Shown: positions 37,219-41,061 of the stretch, piece after piece | Position numbering within the stretch: position 1 is the stretch's first letter | Layout of the letters: every line of letters starts with the position of its first letter | Made by a program: the position numbers and the translations under genes | Source: a virus | Taxonomy: Duplodnaviria; Heunggongvirae; Uroviricota; Caudoviricetes | Length of the DNA stretch: 41,061 nucleotides | Virus record (IMG/VR): IMGVR_UViG_2770939580_000003 | Span: 1 to 41,061 of that record | Strand: one strand, 5' to 3' | Notes under the pieces: generated by a model | What the model was told of the DNA's origin: nothing | Database searches by the model: none | The model's input: the letters and a program-made list of their open reading frames with translations, nothing else

Positions 37219-37857
37219 TTACATCAGAGGGACAGGTCTATTCGGTAATTGATCAATAATGCCCGCAATTTGTTCCGCACGCTCGCGTAGTTCATATTCC
37301 TCAGCAGTTATCAGGTGAATATGTGAACAATATCGACCATGCTCGTAGATTCGCTCCGGCGTTATGAAGACCACATCCGCAATAGCTTCCATCGCATGCT
37401 TTTGCTTTTCATACTGATCCGGATCAGTCAACGAATCATAAACGACAAGATCCGGATACGCCGCCTCCACCGAGCTAGTTAATCGACTATCGTTTACCCA
37501 ATATACAATGCGATTCTGGCCAAATAAGGCGCGTACATTCTGACCTGCCCGGGCAACGACAAAATGCGGGAGAAGGGAGTATGGGTACTCCAGATCATCA
37601 ACCTGATAATATTCATCATTCGAGTTAATATAGATAATGTTATATCCGATTTCAGCAAGTGCCTTTAACAACCTCTGCGGACGTTTTGCAAATCGTTCAC
37701 TATGAAAATCAATGGCTGGCAAATAAACAATGGTTGTATTCTTATAAGGCACATATGATTGGGAAAAATCATATTCCTGCTCAATAAATTGTTGTTGTAC
37801 CTCCTCCATTGCAGCAGTTTCCCTTGTGCCAAACAATCGTCTAAACATTTTTTTCAT
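37219..37857 (-). CDS. glycosyltransferase N-terminal-domain-only protein (half GT-B)
   Basis: TIVYLPAIDF..RPQRLLKAL..IVYW...VVYDSLTD aligns with the N-domain of the adjacent GT; the C-domain is missing. Confidence 0.65.
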   Translation of the reverse strand: MKKMFRRLFGTRETAAMEEVQQQFIEQEYDFSQSYVPYKNTTIVYLPAIDFHSERFAKRPQRLLKALAEIGYNIIYINSNDEYYQVDDLEYPYSLLPHFVVARAGQNVRALFGQNRIVYWVNDSRLTSSVEAAYPDLVVYDSLTDPDQYEKQKHAMEAIADVVFITPERIYEHGRYCSHIHLITAEEYELRERAEQIAGIIDQLPNRPVPLM

Positions 37858-38936
37858 CGTCCATTATCCCCCATCACCTGATTAATCTTCTTTATTGCAT
37901 CCATCGCTCTGGCATCCCAACTATTGGCTCTGGCGACCTGTGTGCGGGCCCTGATTTTGGAGGTATCATTCTCATTAATTGCTTTCTCCAGCATCTTGCC
38001 GCAATTGTACCGATCCATAAAATAAGTCACATGAGCATATTTATGTACAATCTCTTCCATGCGGGTGGTCAGAACAGGTTTACCCGCTGCTAAATACTCG
38101 TAGTATTTGATCGGATCACATCCACGAATCATCTCTGTAAGCTTGAAGGGCACGATGCACACATCAAATTGAGCAATATATGCAGGCAGCACCCTGTAAT
38201 CCTTATGTGGTAAACATGTAACATTGGGATGCAGAATTCTTTTTTGATACAACGCATTGTTACCAATTAGAACTACCTGATAACCGAGATCTGCAATTTG
38301 AGTAATAAGTGAATAATCGACCCAGGAAGCCATCGCTCCGTGGAACCCCACCACTCGTTTTCCTTCAGGTATTTTAGGAAAATCTGAAGGTCGAGTAAGC
38401 GTGGTCTGCGCTTTCTCAAAGTGTTCATAATCCGCACCATTCGGACACATAAAGATTGGCTTTCCTTCCTTTTGATGTGCTTCATACATAATCCTTGCGG
38501 TAGTTGAGATCAGGTCCGCCCGTTCAAAACATTTAGGGATATACTCCTTCCAAACGGCAAATTCATCTGCTGAATTATCTAAATAATCAAAAACGGTAAA
38601 ATCGAATTGCTTTCCATCCGCATAGTCATATTGTGCAGGGCTAGAAAACCAGAGTACCTTCTTCCCTTTGATCAAATGATCATAATGGATTCCCCGTCTC
38701 ACAAGAAACAAATCCTCATTTAGCTTCTCAATTGGACGCTCCTGAGCACGATACGTTTCCGGATTAATGAAAATTGCTCTTACACCAGGAATTCTGGAGA
38801 ATGCCGTCATTAATTGTTGCGGACGCTGAAATAACAGATTCCAATCCAGGGCTGGGGGATAAATTATGGTCATTTCAATACTTTGGAATACCTGATCCGC
38901 TTTTGCTTTCTTCTTAGGACGCAGCCAATTCAGCAA
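37854..38936 (-). CDS. GT-B glycosyltransferase (GT4-like)
   Basis: start moved to TTG 38936 (AAGGAG RBS); PNGADYEHF, FDVCIVPF, PIKYYEYLAAGKPVL, NSWDARA motifs. Confidence 0.88.
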   Translation of the reverse strand: MLNWLRPKKKAKADQVFQSIEMTIIYPPALDWNLLFQRPQQLMTAFSRIPGVRAIFINPETYRAQERPIEKLNEDLFLVRRGIHYDHLIKGKKVLWFSSPAQYDYADGKQFDFTVFDYLDNSADEFAVWKEYIPKCFERADLISTTARIMYEAHQKEGKPIFMCPNGADYEHFEKAQTTLTRPSDFPKIPEGKRVVGFHGAMASWVDYSLITQIADLGYQVVLIGNNALYQKRILHPNVTCLPHKDYRVLPAYIAQFDVCIVPFKLTEMIRGCDPIKYYEYLAAGKPVLTTRMEEIVHKYAHVTYFMDRYNCGKMLEKAINENDTSKIRARTQVARANSWDARAMDAIKKINQVMGDNGR

Positions 38937-39573
38937 CGAGCTCAACTCCTTCCGCGTAGACATGCACAGGCCGTAATCCCGTGTCCACAAACAGATCAAA
39001 ACCAAGTGCTCTGGCATGCTCACAGAACGCTGCATCCTCACCTGAAGTATGTTCGGCATATCGAACCCCGGCTGCAATAACCTCACGTTTGATCAGATAC
39101 ACCGCACCTGTCCAATCTACCGGGATCACACCTTTACTGAATTCCGGAACATGTCGTCCTTGAATAAGTGCATTATGTGCTTTGATCTGCGGATGATTTC
39201 GAATCAACATGGCACAGATATGCTTGTCGTTATTGATGAGTTGCTGCAGGCTATGTGGTGGAATTACGATGTCTGTATCTACAGAGAACAAGTACTCACA
39301 GTCAGACTTTAGAAACTCTTCCAATAACCGATTTCTAAGCTTTGCCAGATGCGCGTAGGAATATTGTCCCCGCAAGTGTCCATGGGCTGTTCCCATATCA
39401 TGAGATACATAAGGGATATGATGATTCTGCAGGATGATTTCAGTCTGATCCTCACTATCGTTCAGAATATATTTGAATTGTTTCTGAACCGCCTGTTGAT
39501 GTAGGGAGTGCAGATGCCTTTCGAGCACCCAAGCACGATTTCTCACAGGACTGCCAATGAATACGTTATTCAC
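38914..39573 (-). CDS. GT-A glycosyltransferase (GT2-like)
   Basis: IGSPVRN, ILNDSED, LRNRLL, YLFSVDTD (DxD), WTGAVYLI, GED motifs. Confidence 0.85.
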   Translation of the reverse strand: MNNVFIGSPVRNRAWVLERHLHSLHQQAVQKQFKYILNDSEDQTEIILQNHHIPYVSHDMGTAHGHLRGQYSYAHLAKLRNRLLEEFLKSDCEYLFSVDTDIVIPPHSLQQLINNDKHICAMLIRNHPQIKAHNALIQGRHVPEFSKGVIPVDWTGAVYLIKREVIAAGVRYAEHTSGEDAAFCEHARALGFDLFVDTGLRPVHVYAEGVELVAELAAS

Positions 39574-39704
39574 GGTTCATCCCCTCTCTCTTTTTTTACT
39601 TAGTGTAGACCGAATCTGTATTCTCTCTACATCTCGCTATCAAACACCTTTTCCAATAAATAGAGAGAGAAAAGCACATTCCTCCTATTCTAGAGTTAAA
39701 AGGT

Positions 39705-40508
39705 GTGAACAGGACAACTGCTCCTGCTTCGCCTTATAACGTTGGAGAAGAAGGTGAGGCTTTGCTAGGAAGCATAGATCTAATCCGCAGTTGGTATCAG
39801 AAAGCCGTTGACGGAGAGGCACATGCCACTATTCGATTCGGGGATGCGTCCAACACGATTTTGGCCCATGACGCCGTGTTAACCATGGACTTTATTAAAT
39901 CTCATTATGGTTGGGTGAATGATCCTACATATTGTGGAATTACGTTACCGCATGCAAACGCGCGAGAGACCCTCGTTCATTGCTTGAGACAAGCAGATTA
40001 CGTAGGATATTTAACACAGACGGAGCATTGGTATTTCAAACCGCTATTTGACATGTGTCTGGCATATTACAAGGTAGAGCCCCTTGAGACGTTCTATGCT
40101 TTTGAAAATAACTACATTGCCCGCTACCCGTTATTTTACGAGTTGTTCAGGACAATTCCCGTTCTCATTTGCGGAGCAAAAGCTGATGTATACCGAGAAG
40201 TGTTAGAGCGAAGATATGGCTGGGAACATATCGTAGGAACTGTGGATTGTGCCTCCTGGGCCCAGGTTGATACAGCCACTGTGGAGATGGAGAAACTTTA
40301 TCAGCAATCCCCTTGGAAGCTCGCACTTGTATGCGCAGGTGCTCCTGGCAAAGTGCTCACGGTCAAAGCCAAGGATCTGAATACTGTAGGTGTGGATTTC
40401 GGCTCTGGTGCAGATGTTGCAATTCAGGCTGACAAGGAAAATCTTGACGCCTGGGAATATGATGGCTTTCCTGATTATTGGGAGGGAAGGCCTCAGAAAA
40501 GACCCTGA
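39705..40508 (+). CDS. GT-D fold (DUF1792-like) glycosyltransferase
   Basis: TIRFGDA..., GITLP..NARETL..CLRQADYVG, LALVCAGAPGKV, VDFGSGAD. Confidence 0.75.
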   Translation: MNRTTAPASPYNVGEEGEALLGSIDLIRSWYQKAVDGEAHATIRFGDASNTILAHDAVLTMDFIKSHYGWVNDPTYCGITLPHANARETLVHCLRQADYVGYLTQTEHWYFKPLFDMCLAYYKVEPLETFYAFENNYIARYPLFYELFRTIPVLICGAKADVYREVLERRYGWEHIVGTVDCASWAQVDTATVEMEKLYQQSPWKLALVCAGAPGKVLTVKAKDLNTVGVDFGSGADVAIQADKENLDAWEYDGFPDYWEGRPQKRP

Positions 40509-40523
40509 TAAGGGTCTTTTTTT
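40499..40523 (+). terminator. intrinsic terminator after the GT-D gene
   Basis: AAGACCCT-GATA-AGGGTCTT-TTTTT. Confidence 0.85.
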
Positions 40524-40570
40524 CTTTCTTTTTACGCTGATGTACGCCTGTCTCTTCTGACTCGGAGCTG

Positions 40571-40599
40571 TTGATAAAATAAAGTATCTGCCTTATTAT
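40571..40599 (+). promoter_or_regulatory. SigA-type promoter TTGATA-N17-TATTAT
   Basis: 5/6 matches at both boxes, 17-nt spacer, upstream of ORF 40687. Confidence 0.55.
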
Positions 40600-40686
40600 T
40601 GATTAGATAACTCCTGAACTAACTTGAGATATACCTGCATACTGAGGAGCTCTGCTAAGATATTCGAACTGTTGGAGGGAAATAGA

Positions 40687-40956
40687 ATGACGTACTCGAA
40701 GTCAAAAACTGAGACCGTAGCAAAGCATTTAAGGACACGATTTATGGAAGGGCATGTAGAGGGACACGAGATCGTCGTTGCTTTGATTAGTATGGTAAAA
40801 GCCGAAAAAATTGAATTGCACGAAGTTGCTCCGATCCTTCGTACCGTTTTTTTTGATCAACCTCAAGGCATTTGGGTAGCTCTCGAAAAAGCAAGTACAC
40901 TGATGGATGATCAGTTAATTGATTCTATCCTTCAGGAAGTTAACGAGCAGGTTTAA
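40687..40956 (+). CDS. small helical hypothetical protein (89 aa)
   Basis: start moved to ATG 40687 with GGAGG RBS. Confidence 0.7.
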   Translation: MTYSKSKTETVAKHLRTRFMEGHVEGHEIVVALISMVKAEKIELHEVAPILRTVFFDQPQGIWVALEKASTLMDDQLIDSILQEVNEQV

Positions 40957-41061
40957 TTCTACATACTCCATTCTCATATTAGCGAAAAATTCACGTTCTA
41001 TACATCCAAAGAATAGCAACCATCATTAACAACATGTTAGTTTTATTTCTCTCCGGCTTAC

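Noticed and set aside
37456-37482. TTAAC-N17-CGTATC as the tube gene promoter
   Set aside because: Spacer and -10 both deviate, and it is intragenic and about 430 nt from the start; could be a chance match
38937-39086. Extended N-terminus of the GT4-like ORF from the ORF track
   Set aside because: It overlaps the GT2 gene by 173 nt; a better RBS and TTG start exist at 38936
1-41061. Complete prophage
   Set aside because: No integrase, repressor, replication, terminase, portal, capsid or lysis genes in the window; not excluded beyond its edges

Overview
About 37 kb of co-oriented minus-strand genes from a Gram-positive spore-former. SLH domains and Bacillales-type RBS/promoters suggest Paenibacillaceae (inference). 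The core (3562-37028) is a long non-contractile phage-tail module: tail tube, tail assembly chaperone with a -1 slippery site, 1270-aa tape measure protein, two SLH-domain proteins, and a hub/Tal protein with M23 and lysozyme-like domains. It continues with very large fibre/lectin-like proteins and a five-member paralogue family. No capsid, portal, terminase, sheath, integrase, holin or endolysin was recognised in the window. A glycosyltransferase cluster (GT2, GT4-like, half-GT, GT-D) sits where head genes normally lie. An ECF-like sigma factor gene lies at the distal end. A promoter-like motif (T[T/A]AAC-N16-CGTATA[G], SigW-like) recurs about 10 times on the coding strand, mostly just upstream of gene starts and often fused to intrinsic terminators. 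Best reading: a domesticated, sigma-controlled, possibly glycosylated, SLH-bearing phage-tail-derived apparatus (F-type tailocin-like or surface appendage). All family calls are by motif recognition only; no database searches were run, and head or lysis genes outside the window cannot be excluded.
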